Assembly (NCBI GenBank): GCA_902609915.1
Contig: CACLTO010000003.1
Location: 3,806 to 67,805 of the forward strand
Reading direction: 5' to 3'
Origin: an uncultured Pelagibacteraceae bacterium
GTDB taxonomy: Bacteria; Pseudomonadota; Alphaproteobacteria; Pelagibacterales; Pelagibacteraceae
DNA length: 64,000 nt
How positions within the stretch are numbered: position 1 is the stretch's first letter; every line of letters starts with the position of its first letter. Below, one piece after another: positions 20,872-31,618 of the stretch. The notes under the pieces are model-generated. The model did no database searches. It saw nothing but the letters and a program-made list of their open reading frames with translations, and had not been told where the DNA came from. The translations under genes were made by a program, and so were the position numbers.

Positions 20872-23438
20872 TTTTTCTTTTTTGTTTTATCGTATTCTTT
20901 TCTTTTCTCAATCAATATTAATGCCTCTTCCATTGTGAGTTCTGTTGGATCCTTTTCTTCGGGGATTGTCGCATTTAGAGATTTATACTTGATATATGGT
21001 CCGTATTGTCCCTTCATAATTCTAACTGGTTTTTTATCCTCAGGGTGTTCACCTAAATCTTTGATCATTGAAGAAGACATTCTCCCTGGTTTAGCCTCAG
21101 CAATTAATGTTATCGCTCTATTTAAACCAATAGAGAAAATTTCCTCAATATTTTCTATTCGAGCAGATTTATTTTCACACTTTAGGTAAGGACCAAACCT
21201 TCCAGTATTCAAAGTAATTTCTTTTTGATTATCAGGATTTATTCCCAAAGATTTTGGTAGCGAGCATAAAAATTGTGCTTTTTCTAAATCTATAACATCT
21301 AGTTCCAAACCCTTTGGAATAGAGACATTTTTTAAAAATTCATTTACGTCCGATTTAAGTTTTTTTGTTTTCTTTTTTTTCTTTGTTGTTTTTTCAATTT
21401 CTATATCCTCCAGAAGTTTTTCATATTGCAGATATGGACCGAATCTTCCATTTTTAAGATATATATCATTGCCGTTCTCATGTTTTCCAATAAATTTTGG
21501 TTCAGCTAACTGTGCTTGTGCAGCTGCCTTAGCTTTAGATAATGGTCTTGTAAATTTGCATTCAGGGTAATTAGAACAGCCAATAAATGCACCACCTCTA
21601 AAACTATTTTTTAAGCTTAGTGTCCCTGAATTACATAATTGACATTTTCTTACAATATTTCCATTATTATCTTTATCAAAAACCAAATCCCCCAAACTAT
21701 CATTTAAAAGATCTAAGACTTCTCTAGTTCTTTTTTCCTTTACTTCAGCAACATTGTTATTGAAGTCTTTCCAAAACAGCTCCAAAACTTTTATCCAGCT
21801 TTCTTTACCTGTTGTAATCTCATCTAATTGATCCTCTAAACCAGCAGTAAAGTTATAATCTACATATTTTGAGAATAATTTTTCAAGAAAGGCTGAAATA
21901 AGTTTTCCTCTATCAGTAGGAAAAAACCTTTTATTTAATATTTCTGCATAACCTCTGTTAGCAATTGTAGAGATTATACTTGCATAAGTAGATGGTCTTC
22001 CAATTCCTAACTCCTCAAGTTTTTTTACCAGGCTAGCTTCAGAATATCTTGGGGGAGGTTGTGTAAAATGCTGTTCATCTATTAAAGTTTCAATATTTAT
22101 CAATCCCTTAGATACAGAAGGTAGAATATTTTCATCATCATCCTTACCTTGATTATTATATATCTTTAAAAATCCATCAAATTTTAGAACTGACCCACTT
22201 GCTTTGCATACTGTGTCATTGTTATCTGATGTTATAGTAATAGTATTTCTATCAAATTTAGCTGTTTGCATTTGAGAAGATAAAGCTCTACTCCATATTA
22301 AATCATAAAGTTTATTTTGATCTGTGCTCAGATACTTTTTTACACTTAGGGGAGTTCTGATAACATCTGTAGGTCTTATTGCTTCATGAGCTTCTTGCGC
22401 ATTTTTTGCTTTTTTACCTGAGTAATTTAAAGCACTTTCAGGTAAATATTCATTACCAATTTCTTTTTTGATATAATCTCTAAATGTCACTACAGCATCT
22501 TTTGATAAATTAGTCCCATCTGTTCTCATATATGTTATCAAACCTATAGTTTCTCCCTCAATTTCGACACCTTGGTAAAGTTTTTGAGCAATTTGCATAG
22601 TTCTTGATGCACCAAAACCTAATCGACTTGAAGCTGTTTGTTGAAGAGTAGATGTAGTAAATGGTCCTGATGGATTACGATTTACAACTTTACTAGATAT
22701 ATCAGTTATACTAAATTTTTTTTGATTGATACTTGATATAGCATTATTTATTTCACCTTTATTTCTAAAAGAAAATTTTTCAATTTTATTGTTATCAAGC
22801 TGACTAATACTCGCTAAGATATTCTGATTCTTTTCATCTTTAAATTTGACACTTAAAGTCCAAAATTCCTCTGGCTTAAACGACTCAATTTCGTGCTCTC
22901 TTTCTGTAATCAATTTTAAAGCTACTGATTGAACTCTTCCTGCAGATTTCGAGCCTGGAAGTTTTGTCCACAATATTGGTGAAATATTAAAGCCAACCAA
23001 GTAATCTAAGGCTCGCCTTGCCATGTAGGCATCAACTAAAAGTGGTTCAATTTGTCTTGGATTTTCAATACCATGTATTACTGCTTTTTTTGTAATTTCA
23101 TTAAACACAACTCTCTCTATTTCTTTATCTTTAAGAAGTTTTTTTTCTTTTAGATATTCTTTTACATGCCAAGCTATTGCTTCACCTTCACGATCAGGAT
23201 CGGTAGCTAATATTATTTTTGAAGAATATTTGGCTGCATCGGTAATTTCTTTTAGATATTTTTTAGAAAAGCTATCGATCTCCCATTCCATCTTAAAATC
23301 TTGATCCGGATCTACAGAACCATTCTTAGATGGTAAATCTCTTATATGTCCATAACTAGCTAATACTTTATAATTATCACCTAAATATTTATTGATAGTT
23401 TTGGCTTTAGCTGGACTTTCTACAATAACCAAGTTCAT
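20868..23438 (-). CDS. topA: DNA topoisomerase I; start MNLVIV at 23438
   Basis: IVESPAKAKTI, ATDPDREGEAI, ITYMRTD, one Zn ribbon, three G(R/Q)(F/Y)GPY C-terminal repeats. Confidence 0.99.
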   Translation of the reverse strand: MNLVIVESPAKAKTINKYLGDNYKVLASYGHIRDLPSKNGSVDPDQDFKMEWEIDSFSKKYLKEITDAAKYSSKIILATDPDREGEAIAWHVKEYLKEKKLLKDKEIERVVFNEITKKAVIHGIENPRQIEPLLVDAYMARRALDYLVGFNISPILWTKLPGSKSAGRVQSVALKLITEREHEIESFKPEEFWTLSVKFKDEKNQNILASISQLDNNKIEKFSFRNKGEINNAISSINQKKFSITDISSKVVNRNPSGPFTTSTLQQTASSRLGFGASRTMQIAQKLYQGVEIEGETIGLITYMRTDGTNLSKDAVVTFRDYIKKEIGNEYLPESALNYSGKKAKNAQEAHEAIRPTDVIRTPLSVKKYLSTDQNKLYDLIWSRALSSQMQTAKFDRNTITITSDNNDTVCKASGSVLKFDGFLKIYNNQGKDDDENILPSVSKGLINIETLIDEQHFTQPPPRYSEASLVKKLEELGIGRPSTYASIISTIANRGYAEILNKRFFPTDRGKLISAFLEKLFSKYVDYNFTAGLEDQLDEITTGKESWIKVLELFWKDFNNNVAEVKEKRTREVLDLLNDSLGDLVFDKDNNGNIVRKCQLCNSGTLSLKNSFRGGAFIGCSNYPECKFTRPLSKAKAAAQAQLAEPKFIGKHENGNDIYLKNGRFGPYLQYEKLLEDIEIEKTTKKKKKTKKLKSDVNEFLKNVSIPKGLELDVIDLEKAQFLCSLPKSLGINPDNQKEITLNTGRFGPYLKCENKSARIENIEEIFSIGLNRAITLIAEAKPGRMSSSMIKDLGEHPEDKKPVRIMKGQYGPYIKYKSLNATIPEEKDPTELTMEEALILIEKRKEYDKTKKKK

Positions 23439-23445
23439 AGATGAC

Positions 23446-23473
23446 AAACTACCTAAAAGAGTTTGATAGTCAA
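23446..23473 (-). promoter_or_regulatory. Putative sigma70 promoter of topA
   Basis: Minus strand TTGACT-16 nt-TAGTTT-7 nt-ATG. Confidence 0.55.
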
Positions 23474-23474
23474 A

Positions 23475-24053
23475 TTAATAAATTTTTGTCTTAGTTTCTT
23501 CTTTATTTTTCAATCTTTTAATATTTTCCCTGTGAGTAAAAAATATTAATACAAACATGATTATGAAAAAAATTATTTCATCAAACCGATTTGTGATGAT
23601 CAAATAAACAGGAATTGATATTGAAGCAATTAGTGAAGATAAAGATGATAATCTTGTAATACCAAAAATTACGAACCAACATAGAGAAAAAATTATTCCA
23701 AAATAAATGTTTATAGCAAATAGAATGCCAACATATGTAGCAACACCTTTTCCTCCTTTAAATTTTAACCATATAGGAAACACATGGCCGAGAAATGCAC
23801 TTAATGAAGCTAAGTATAAGAAATCTGTGTAATAAATTTTAACAAAAATAACTGGAATAACAGCTTTCAAAATATCAAGAATTAGCGTTATGTATCCAAT
23901 AATTTTATTTCCAGATCTTAGCACATTTGTTGCCCCAATATTTCCAGAGCCAATTTCTCTAATATCTTTTTTTAAAAACAATTTTGTTAATATTAATCCA
24001 AATGGAATTGATCCCATTAAATAGGAAATTATGCCTATGATTAAAATGTCCAT
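23475..24053 (-). CDS. plsY: Glycerol-3-phosphate acyltransferase PlsY
   Basis: GSGNIGATN, FKGGKGVAT, HRENIKRL. Confidence 0.98.
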   Translation of the reverse strand: MDILIIGIISYLMGSIPFGLILTKLFLKKDIREIGSGNIGATNVLRSGNKIIGYITLILDILKAVIPVIFVKIYYTDFLYLASLSAFLGHVFPIWLKFKGGKGVATYVGILFAINIYFGIIFSLCWFVIFGITRLSSLSSLIASISIPVYLIITNRFDEIIFFIIMFVLIFFTHRENIKRLKNKEETKTKIY

Positions 24054-24054
24054 A

Positions 24055-25341
24055 CTATAGCTTAAATAATTCTTTACCGTTTACAAATGTATTTGTGACT
24101 TTACCTTGTAGTTTTTTATCTTCTATAGATGTATTTTTTGATTTTGAAATAAGTTTGTCTTTCTTTACAATCCAAGGTTTATCTATATCTACTATACAAA
24201 AATCAGCATCGTTACCAATTGATAAATTCCCTTTGTTTATCTTTAATATTTTAGCTGGGTTTGATGTCAATGCTTTGATTATAGTCTCAAGTTTGAGAGA
24301 CCCATTATGATATAATTCTAAACTTAGAGATAACAGAGTTTCTATACCTGACGCTCCAGTTGCTGCTTGAGCAAATGTTAATCTTTTCGACTCTTCATCC
24401 TCAGGTTTGTGATCTGAAACTATTACATCAATTAGATTATCTTTTATTCCTTGAACTAAAGCTAGCCTATCCTCTTCTCTTCTTAATGGTGGAGACAATT
24501 TTAAAAATGTTTTGAAATCTCCTATATCGTTTTCATTTAAAGATAAGTTATTAATAGATACTCCACATGTAAATTTTACAATTTCTTTTCTTAATTTAAT
24601 TACTTCAATAGATTTCTGTGATGATAATTGAGAGATATGATATCTACATTTAACCTTTTCCAATAATGTTAAATCTCTCTCTATTAAAATACGTTCAGCG
24701 ATCTCAGGTATACCAGATAAACCTAATTTAGAAGCAATTATCCCAGAGTTAATCATACCATTTTTTGCTAGTTCATAATCTTCAGCGTGCTGCATAATTA
24801 AACTTCCCAAATCTTTAGCAGAATTCATTATCCTAGACATCAATCTTGGATTTTGAATTGTTTTAACACCATCTGTGAATGCAATTATTCCTTTACTCTG
24901 TAAGAGACCGAATTCAGTCATATTTGTACCCTCAGTATTCTTTGTCAAGGAGGCACATGGAAAAATATTTATTTTTGATTTATCTCTTCCTCTTCTTTTT
25001 AGAAAATCGACTATAGAAACGTTGTCAATTATTGGGTCTGTGTTAGGCATTGTTACTACTGAGGTGACACCCCCAGAGAGTGCTGCATTACTTAATGTTT
25101 TAAAATTTTCTTTATATTCATACCCTGGTTCACCAACAAAAACTCTCATGTCAATTAATCCGGGAAAAATATACCTTCCCTTTAAATCAATTGGTTTATC
25201 TCTACTTGGTAAATTATTTATATTTACTTTTTTACCAACGGCTTCAATCTTTCCATCTTCACTTATTATAAGGCCTCCATTTTCATTTATTGAGTTGTAT
25301 GGGTCGATTATGTTAGCGTTTATAAAATATTGCTTTTTCAT
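24055..25341 (-). CDS. pyrC: Dihydroorotase-like protein, probably catalytically inactive PyrC'
   Basis: Amidohydrolase motifs [19 protein letters not shown], but DMRVF replaces the DxHxH metal site; coupled to pyrB. Confidence 0.88.
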   Translation of the reverse strand: MKKQYFINANIIDPYNSINENGGLIISEDGKIEAVGKKVNINNLPSRDKPIDLKGRYIFPGLIDMRVFVGEPGYEYKENFKTLSNAALSGGVTSVVTMPNTDPIIDNVSIVDFLKRRGRDKSKINIFPCASLTKNTEGTNMTEFGLLQSKGIIAFTDGVKTIQNPRLMSRIMNSAKDLGSLIMQHAEDYELAKNGMINSGIIASKLGLSGIPEIAERILIERDLTLLEKVKCRYHISQLSSQKSIEVIKLRKEIVKFTCGVSINNLSLNENDIGDFKTFLKLSPPLRREEDRLALVQGIKDNLIDVIVSDHKPEDEESKRLTFAQAATGASGIETLLSLSLELYHNGSLKLETIIKALTSNPAKILKINKGNLSIGNDADFCIVDIDKPWIVKKDKLISKSKNTSIEDKKLQGKVTNTFVNGKELFKL

Positions 25342-26282
25342 TTATTACAAAATATTTTTAGACAAGCCATTCTTACAGCGACACCTAATTCAACCTGCTC
25401 TTTGATTACACTCTTATTAATATCATCAGCCAAAATTGTATCAATTTCTATACCTCTATTCATTGGACCAGGGTGCATAATTAAAGCATCAGATTTAGCA
25501 TGTTCTAACTTATCAGGAGTTAATCCGTAATATTCATAATATTCTCTATTTGATGAAAGGAATGAACTCGTCATTCTTTCATTTTGTAATCTTAACATCA
25601 TAACAATATCACAATCTTTCAATCCTTTTTTCATATCTGTAAAAGTGTTAACACCAAATTTTTCGATTTCTTTAGGCATAAGATTTGTTGGAGCAATGAT
25701 ATTTACTTCTGCACCTAACATACTAAGTAAATAAATGTTCGATCTTGCTACTCTCGAATGAAGTATATCTCCACAGATTGCAATTTTTAATCCTTGAATT
25801 TTATTTTTACGAGTAATAATTGTTAATGCATCCAACAAAGCTTGGGTAGGGTGTTCTCTTCTTCCATCACCAGCATTAAGAACTGCACAGTTTACTTTTT
25901 GTGAAAGTAGATTACATGCTCCAGAATCTTGATGTCTAATTACAATAATATCAGGATGCATTGCATTAAGTGTCATTGCCGTATCTATCAATGTTTCACC
26001 TTTTTTAATTGCTGAGTTACTAATATTCATTGACATAACGTCAGCTCCAAGTCTTTTACCAGCTAATTCGAAGGAGCTTTGAGTTCTAGTGGATGGCTCA
26101 AAAAATAAATTAATTTGAGTTTTACCTTTTAAAATATCAACTTTCTTATCTTTACTTTGATTTACTTTTATAAATGAATTTGCTTCATCAAGTATTAAAT
26201 TGACATCATTAATTGATAGATCTTGGATTCCTAACAGATGTTTTTGTGAAATTTTAATAGCTTGGTTTGTTTTAATTGCCAT
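25338..26282 (-). CDS. pyrB: Aspartate carbamoyltransferase catalytic subunit
   Basis: [26 protein letters not shown]. Confidence 0.98.
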   Translation of the reverse strand: MAIKTNQAIKISQKHLLGIQDLSINDVNLILDEANSFIKVNQSKDKKVDILKGKTQINLFFEPSTRTQSSFELAGKRLGADVMSMNISNSAIKKGETLIDTAMTLNAMHPDIIVIRHQDSGACNLLSQKVNCAVLNAGDGRREHPTQALLDALTIITRKNKIQGLKIAICGDILHSRVARSNIYLLSMLGAEVNIIAPTNLMPKEIEKFGVNTFTDMKKGLKDCDIVMMLRLQNERMTSSFLSSNREYYEYYGLTPDKLEHAKSDALIMHPGPMNRGIEIDTILADDINKSVIKEQVELGVAVRMACLKIFCNK

Positions 26283-26292
26283 TAAAACCAAC

Positions 26293-26321
26293 TCTATAGC
26301 TATAAACCTCTATAATAGCAA
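26293..26321 (-). promoter_or_regulatory. Putative sigma70 promoter of pyrB
   Basis: Minus strand TTGCTA-17 nt-TATAGA. Confidence 0.5.
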
Positions 26322-26324
26322 GTA

Positions 26325-26780
26325 TTAATTATTTAGAAAATCTAAAGCTCCTTGTAATATAAAAGCAGCAGCGTTTTCATCTATCTTTTTTTCCCTTTTA
26401 CTAACATTAATATCTAATTGACTAGATAGGTTAAAAGCACCAACAGTTGAAAGTCTCTCATCCCACAGACAAATTGGAATGTCTAAGTTTTTTTCAACAT
26501 TTTCTGTTGTATCTTTTACTGATTGAGCTGACCTACCTGAGGATCCATCCATATTCAAAGGATTTCCAACAATGATTCCTTTTATATTATTTTCATTAAT
26601 AATTAATCTTAGTTCATCAATAAGATTCTTAAGCGAATTTCTATTTATTGTTTTTAACGGAGTGGCTATTAGTTGTTTTTCATCACAGATTGACACACCA
26701 ATTCTTTTAGAGCCCAGGTCTAAACCTATCAATCTACACTTATCTGAGTGTTTCTTTTTGAATTCCTCTAAAGTGATCAT
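26325..26780 (-). CDS. ruvX: YqgF/RuvX pre-16S rRNA nuclease
   Basis: GLDLGSKRIGVS, VGNPLNMDG, WDERLST, IDENAAAFILQ. Confidence 0.95.
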   Translation of the reverse strand: MITLEEFKKKHSDKCRLIGLDLGSKRIGVSICDEKQLIATPLKTINRNSLKNLIDELRLIINENNIKGIIVGNPLNMDGSSGRSAQSVKDTTENVEKNLDIPICLWDERLSTVGAFNLSSQLDINVSKREKKIDENAAAFILQGALDFLNN

Positions 26781-26781
26781 A

Positions 26782-26810
26782 TTGTATATTTTAAACTTAA
26801 GTGATACTTT
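26782..26810 (+). promoter_or_regulatory. Putative sigma70 promoter of the gatCAB operon
   Basis: TTGTAT-17 nt-TACTTT with an extended -10 TG. Confidence 0.5.
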
Positions 26811-26830
26811 GCGTCATATCTAAATAGCAT

Positions 26831-27118
26831 ATGAGCATAGATCTTAAAACAATAAAGCATATATCAAAATTAGCTAGAATTTCAGTTGATGAGGAAAGAG
26901 CTGAAAAATTAGCTGGTGATTTAAATTCTATTTTTGATTTCATTGAAAAACTTAATGAATTAAAAACGGATAATGTAGAGCCATTAACCTCTATTGCTGA
27001 AACAACCTTAAAATTAAGATCTGATGAAGTAAAAAGTAAAAATATAAGAGAACAAATTATTAAAAATTCTCCTCAGGATAATGAGGATTATTTTGTAGTG
27101 CCCAAGGTGATTGAATAA
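26831..27118 (+). CDS. gatC: Asp/Glu-tRNA amidotransferase subunit C
   Basis: KLARI, VEPL, YFVVPKVIE. Confidence 0.97.
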   Translation: MSIDLKTIKHISKLARISVDEERAEKLAGDLNSIFDFIEKLNELKTDNVEPLTSIAETTLKLRSDEVKSKNIREQIIKNSPQDNEDYFVVPKVIE

Positions 27119-28575
27119 TGTCAGATATAACAAAACAATCTCTTACTGAATTAGTTGAAAATATAAAAAATAAAAAACTTTCTTCAACAGATGTAACCAA
27201 AGCATTTATTGATAGATCTGAAAAATCTGAGGAATTGAATGCATATATTACAAATGATTTTACATCAGCCATAGATAAAGCAAAAAAATTTGATCAAAAA
27301 CCTAATTTAGATTTAAAATTGCCTGGTATTCCAATGGCAGTTAAGGATTTATTTTGTACAAAAAATATTAAAACAACTGCTGGTAGTAAAATTTTGAATA
27401 ACTTTGTACCAACTTATGAGTCAACCGTAACTGAAAATATCTGGAATGAAGGTGCAATACTTCTAGGTAAGTTAAACTGTGATGAGTTTGCTATGGGTTC
27501 ATCAAATGAAACAAGTTTTTTTGGTAATGTACAAAATCCTATTGATAAAAATTTAGTTCCAGGTGGATCATCTGGTGGTTCAGCTTCAGCAGTAGCTGGA
27601 CAATTGACTCCTATTACAATTGGGACTGATACTGGTGGATCAATTAGACAACCAGCTTCTTTCACTGGAATTGTAGGATTAAAACCTACTTATGGAAGTT
27701 GCTCAAGATATGGGATAGTTGCTTTTGCATCATCATTGGATCAAGCAGGACCAATGGCACAAAATGTTAAAGATTGTGCTTTATTACATGAAGTGATTAG
27801 TTCCTACGATCCTAAAGACTCTACTTCAATAGACTTTAAAAGAAATCATTTCAGTAAAGAACTTACAAATAATATAAAAGGAAAAAAAATTGGAATACCA
27901 AAAGAATATAGAGTTGATGGAATGCCAAAAGAAATTGAAGATCTTTGGCAAAAAGGCATTCAGTATATTAAAGATTGTGGTGCTGAAACAATTGATATTT
28001 CTCTACCAAATACAAGTTATGCCTTACCAACATATTATATCGTTGCTCCAGCAGAGGCATCATCAAACTTAGCAAGATATGACGGTGTTAAGTATGGATT
28101 TAGAGCTAAAGGAGAAAATTTAATTGATATGTATGAAAAAACAAGATCTGAAGGTTTTGGAGCTGAAGTTCAAAGAAGAATTATGATTGGAACTTACGTT
28201 TTGTCTTCTGGGTATTATGATGCATATTATCTTAAAGCTCAAAAAGTTAGAAAACTTATTAAAAATGATTTTGATGACGTATATAAAAAAGTCGATGCAA
28301 TTTTAACTCCTTCAACACCGAGCTCAGCATTCAAAATAGGTGAAAAAACAAACGACCCAGTCTCGATGTATCTAAATGATATATTTACTGTTCCTGTTAA
28401 CTTAGCTGGACTTCCAGCCATCTCAATACCTGCAGGACATGACTCAAATGGTTATCCTTTGGGTTTACAAATTATAGGCAAAGCTTTTGATGAACAAAAT
28501 ATATTGAATATAGCTTATGCTATGGAAGAAAAGATCAATTTTAAAAACAAAATTACTGATTGGTGGATAAAATGA
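27118..28575 (+). CDS. gatA: Asp/Glu-tRNA amidotransferase subunit A
   Basis: [29 protein letters not shown]. Confidence 0.99.
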   Translation: MSDITKQSLTELVENIKNKKLSSTDVTKAFIDRSEKSEELNAYITNDFTSAIDKAKKFDQKPNLDLKLPGIPMAVKDLFCTKNIKTTAGSKILNNFVPTYESTVTENIWNEGAILLGKLNCDEFAMGSSNETSFFGNVQNPIDKNLVPGGSSGGSASAVAGQLTPITIGTDTGGSIRQPASFTGIVGLKPTYGSCSRYGIVAFASSLDQAGPMAQNVKDCALLHEVISSYDPKDSTSIDFKRNHFSKELTNNIKGKKIGIPKEYRVDGMPKEIEDLWQKGIQYIKDCGAETIDISLPNTSYALPTYYIVAPAEASSNLARYDGVKYGFRAKGENLIDMYEKTRSEGFGAEVQRRIMIGTYVLSSGYYDAYYLKAQKVRKLIKNDFDDVYKKVDAILTPSTPSSAFKIGEKTNDPVSMYLNDIFTVPVNLAGLPAISIPAGHDSNGYPLGLQIIGKAFDEQNILNIAYAMEEKINFKNKITDWWIK

Positions 28576-30047
28576 GTAAAAAAAATTCAGAATATTTGAT
28601 TAATCGAAAAGACAATCAGTATGAAGTGGTAATTGGTTTAGAAGTCCATGCTCAAGTTTTATCAGAGTCAAAATTATTTTCTACTTCTTCAACCAAATTT
28701 GGAGCGGAGCCTAATACGCAGGTTAGTTTAGTTGATGCTGCATTTCCAGGAATGTTACCAGTAATTAATGAATTTTGTGTTAAACAAGCAATTAAAACTG
28801 GTATTGGCCTTAATGCAAAAATTAATAAACGTTCAGTATTTGATAGAAAAAATTATTTTTATGCTGATTTACCTCAAGGGTATCAAATTTCACAATTTAA
28901 AGATCCAATAGTAGGTGAGGGCAAAGTTATTTTGGATATGCCAAATGGTCAAAAAGAAGTTGGTATAGAAAGATTACATCTAGAACAAGATGCTGGAAAA
29001 AGTATTCATGATCTTGACCCACAAAATACCTTTGTGGATTTAAACAGATCAGGGGTAGCTTTAATGGAAATAGTGAGCAAGCCTGATCTAAGATCCCCAG
29101 ATGAGGTTAATACTTACGTCAAAAAATTACGATCTATAATGAGGTATCTAGGAACTTGTGATGGAAATATGCAAGAAGGTTCTTTAAGAGCTGATGTGAA
29201 CGTTTCTGTAAGACCAAAAGGCTCAAAAGAATTTGGCACGCGATGTGAAATTAAAAACGTTAATTCAATTAAATTTATGCAGATGGCAATAGAATATGAA
29301 GCTAATAGACAAGTTGATTTGATTGAAGAGGGTAAAACTATTGATCAAGAAACGAGACTTTTTGATACAAAGAAAAATGAGACAAGGTCAATGAGATCAA
29401 AAGAAGATGCTCATGATTACAGATATTTTCCTGACCCTGATCTATTACCTTTGGAAGTTTCGGAAAAATTTATTGAAGATCTTAAAAATGAAATCCCAGA
29501 ATTACCAGATGATAAAAAGAAAAGATTTATTGAAGAGTTTAAATTGTCTCCTTATGAGGCGAATATCCTAGTATCTGATATCGATACTGCAAAATACTTT
29601 GAGGAAGTTGTAACTAAAATGGGTAAGAACAAAGATATTAAGTTAGCAGTCAATTGGATTATTGGTGAACTATTTGCTGTTTTAAATAGCAAAGATCTGG
29701 AAATTTCCCAAAGCCCAGTGAGCGCTAGAAACTTCGCCATATTGATTAATCTAATTAAGAATGGAACCATTTCAGGAAAAATAGCGAAAACCGTTTTTGA
29801 ATTAATGATTGACGGAGATAAAGATCCACAAAAAATTGTTGAAGAAAAAGGATTAAAACAACAAAGTGATCCAAAAGCATTAGAGGTTTTAATTGATAAA
29901 ATAATTGATGACAATAGAGAAAAAGCTATTGAATATAAACAAGGTAAAGAAAAACTTTTTGGTTTTTTTGTTGGTCAAGCAATGAAAGCATCAGGTGGCA
30001 AAGCTAATCCACAATTAATCAATGAGATCCTAAAGAAAAAATTATAA
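28572..30047 (+). CDS. gatB: Asp/Glu-tRNA amidotransferase subunit B; start ATG 28572
   Basis: [33 protein letters not shown]. Confidence 0.99.
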   Translation: MSKKNSEYLINRKDNQYEVVIGLEVHAQVLSESKLFSTSSTKFGAEPNTQVSLVDAAFPGMLPVINEFCVKQAIKTGIGLNAKINKRSVFDRKNYFYADLPQGYQISQFKDPIVGEGKVILDMPNGQKEVGIERLHLEQDAGKSIHDLDPQNTFVDLNRSGVALMEIVSKPDLRSPDEVNTYVKKLRSIMRYLGTCDGNMQEGSLRADVNVSVRPKGSKEFGTRCEIKNVNSIKFMQMAIEYEANRQVDLIEEGKTIDQETRLFDTKKNETRSMRSKEDAHDYRYFPDPDLLPLEVSEKFIEDLKNEIPELPDDKKKRFIEEFKLSPYEANILVSDIDTAKYFEEVVTKMGKNKDIKLAVNWIIGELFAVLNSKDLEISQSPVSARNFAILINLIKNGTISGKIAKTVFELMIDGDKDPQKIVEEKGLKQQSDPKALEVLIDKIIDDNREKAIEYKQGKEKLFGFFVGQAMKASGGKANPQLINEILKKKL

Positions 30048-30051
30048 GGTT

Positions 30052-30702
30052 ATGGGTTCAGACCTTAATATCACAAAAAATCTACAAGATTATATTCTAA
30101 GGAATGGTCTGAAATTGCATCCAATTCAAAAAGAAATAATAGATTATAATTTATCACTTGGTGATACAAAAAGAATGCAAATATCTATTTCTCAATGCCA
30201 ATTTCTACATTTGATTATTAAAGTTTCTAAAATTAAAAAAGTTCTAGAGATAGGAACTTTTACAGGTTTAAGTACGTTATCTATGGCTTTAGCTTTACCT
30301 GATGAAGGTAGCATAATTGCATTAGATAAAAATGAGGAAACAAACAAAGTCGCTCAAAAATTTTTTAAAAAAGCTAATCAAGATCATAAGATTAAAACTA
30401 CAATTAAACCAGCATTGGAAACTTTGATGAGTATCAGAAATGAAAGATTTGATTTAGTTTTTATTGATGCAGATAAAATGAATTATAAAAAATATTACGA
30501 GATTTCGTTAGATCTATTGAATAAAGAGGGTTTAGTGATAATTGATAATGTATTATGGCATGGAGAAGTTGTTAATAAAGATATAAATGACAAATTTACA
30601 AAAAGTATAAGAGATTTGAATGATTTTATCTCAAAGGATAAAAGAATTGAAAAGGTCATGGTCCCTTTTGGTGATGGAATGACAGTTTGTAGGAAGCTTT
30701 AA
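30052..30702 (+). CDS. Cation-dependent class I SAM O-methyltransferase (CCoAOMT/COMT/TrmR-like)
   Basis: LEIGTFTGLS SAM motif, FDLVFIDADK, IIDNVLWHG, GDG. Confidence 0.93.
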   Translation: MGSDLNITKNLQDYILRNGLKLHPIQKEIIDYNLSLGDTKRMQISISQCQFLHLIIKVSKIKKVLEIGTFTGLSTLSMALALPDEGSIIALDKNEETNKVAQKFFKKANQDHKIKTTIKPALETLMSIRNERFDLVFIDADKMNYKKYYEISLDLLNKEGLVIIDNVLWHGEVVNKDINDKFTKSIRDLNDFISKDKRIEKVMVPFGDGMTVCRKL

Positions 30703-31610
30703 TGTTCACTATATTTGGTTTTTATAAATTTCAAAAAATAAATAATTTAAAAAAAAACCAAATAAATTTGAATAATCTCTTGTTAGATAAAAACATAAAT
30801 GGATCGATTATTATATCTAAAGAGGGCTTAAATGGATCTATATCTGGATTAAATAAGGACATTAAAACTGCAATTATTCAAATTAAAAAAAGCTTGGATA
30901 TAAAAGAATTTGATAGTTTCAATAAATCTAAAAGTGAATTTCAACCTTTTCATAAACCAAAAATTAAAATCAAAAAAGAAGTTGTACCGATGGACCTAAA
31001 AATGACGAATAAATTAAAAAAAAAGAATAGTCATATAGAACCAACAGAATGGAATAAATTAATAAAAAATAAGAAAACTCTTTTATTGGATGCAAGAAAA
31101 CCTTTTGAACATAAAGTTGGTTCTTTTAAAAAATCAGTAAACCCGAAAATAGGTAACTTTAGAGATTTTCCTAGGTACTTAAAGAAGTTAAAAAAAGAAC
31201 AACCAATAGCTATGTTTTGCACTGGAGGAATAAGATGTGAAAAAGCGTCTGTATATTTAGAGAAAAAGGGTTTTAGGAATGTTTATCAATTAAAGGGTGG
31301 AATTCTCAATTATTTAAAGAAAGTAAAACAAAAAAATAGTTTATGGAAAGGTGAATGTTTTGTATTTGATAACAGAGTAAGTTTAAAGCATGGTCTAGAA
31401 CAAGGAACATATTCAATTTGTGGTGGATGCAGGCAACCAATTTCAGTTAAGGATAAAAAATCTAAAAAATATGAGGAGGGCGTAACTTGCCCTAATTGTT
31501 TTAATAAACTCTCAAAAGTTCAAAAATCTCGTTTTAGAATGAGACAAAGTCAGATATATAAGGCAAAACTATCAGGAAAAAAATATAATTTCCAAAAAGA
31601 ATTTAATTAA
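30702..31610 (+). CDS. trhO: Rhodanese-domain tRNA uridine(34) hydroxylase (UPF0176/YceA family)
   Basis: EGLNGS, KKEVV, FCTGGIRCEKAS, LKGGILNY, WKGECFVFDNRV, C-terminal CxxC...CxxC. Confidence 0.92.
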   Translation: MFTIFGFYKFQKINNLKKNQINLNNLLLDKNINGSIIISKEGLNGSISGLNKDIKTAIIQIKKSLDIKEFDSFNKSKSEFQPFHKPKIKIKKEVVPMDLKMTNKLKKKNSHIEPTEWNKLIKNKKTLLLDARKPFEHKVGSFKKSVNPKIGNFRDFPRYLKKLKKEQPIAMFCTGGIRCEKASVYLEKKGFRNVYQLKGGILNYLKKVKQKNSLWKGECFVFDNRVSLKHGLEQGTYSICGGCRQPISVKDKKSKKYEEGVTCPNCFNKLSKVQKSRFRMRQSQIYKAKLSGKKYNFQKEFN

Positions 31611-31618
31611 GGATTTAC

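Noticed and set aside
20868-21500. Repeated GRFGPY-type segments in the topA C-terminus
   Set aside because: Known topoisomerase I C-terminal repeats, not a DNA repeat element.
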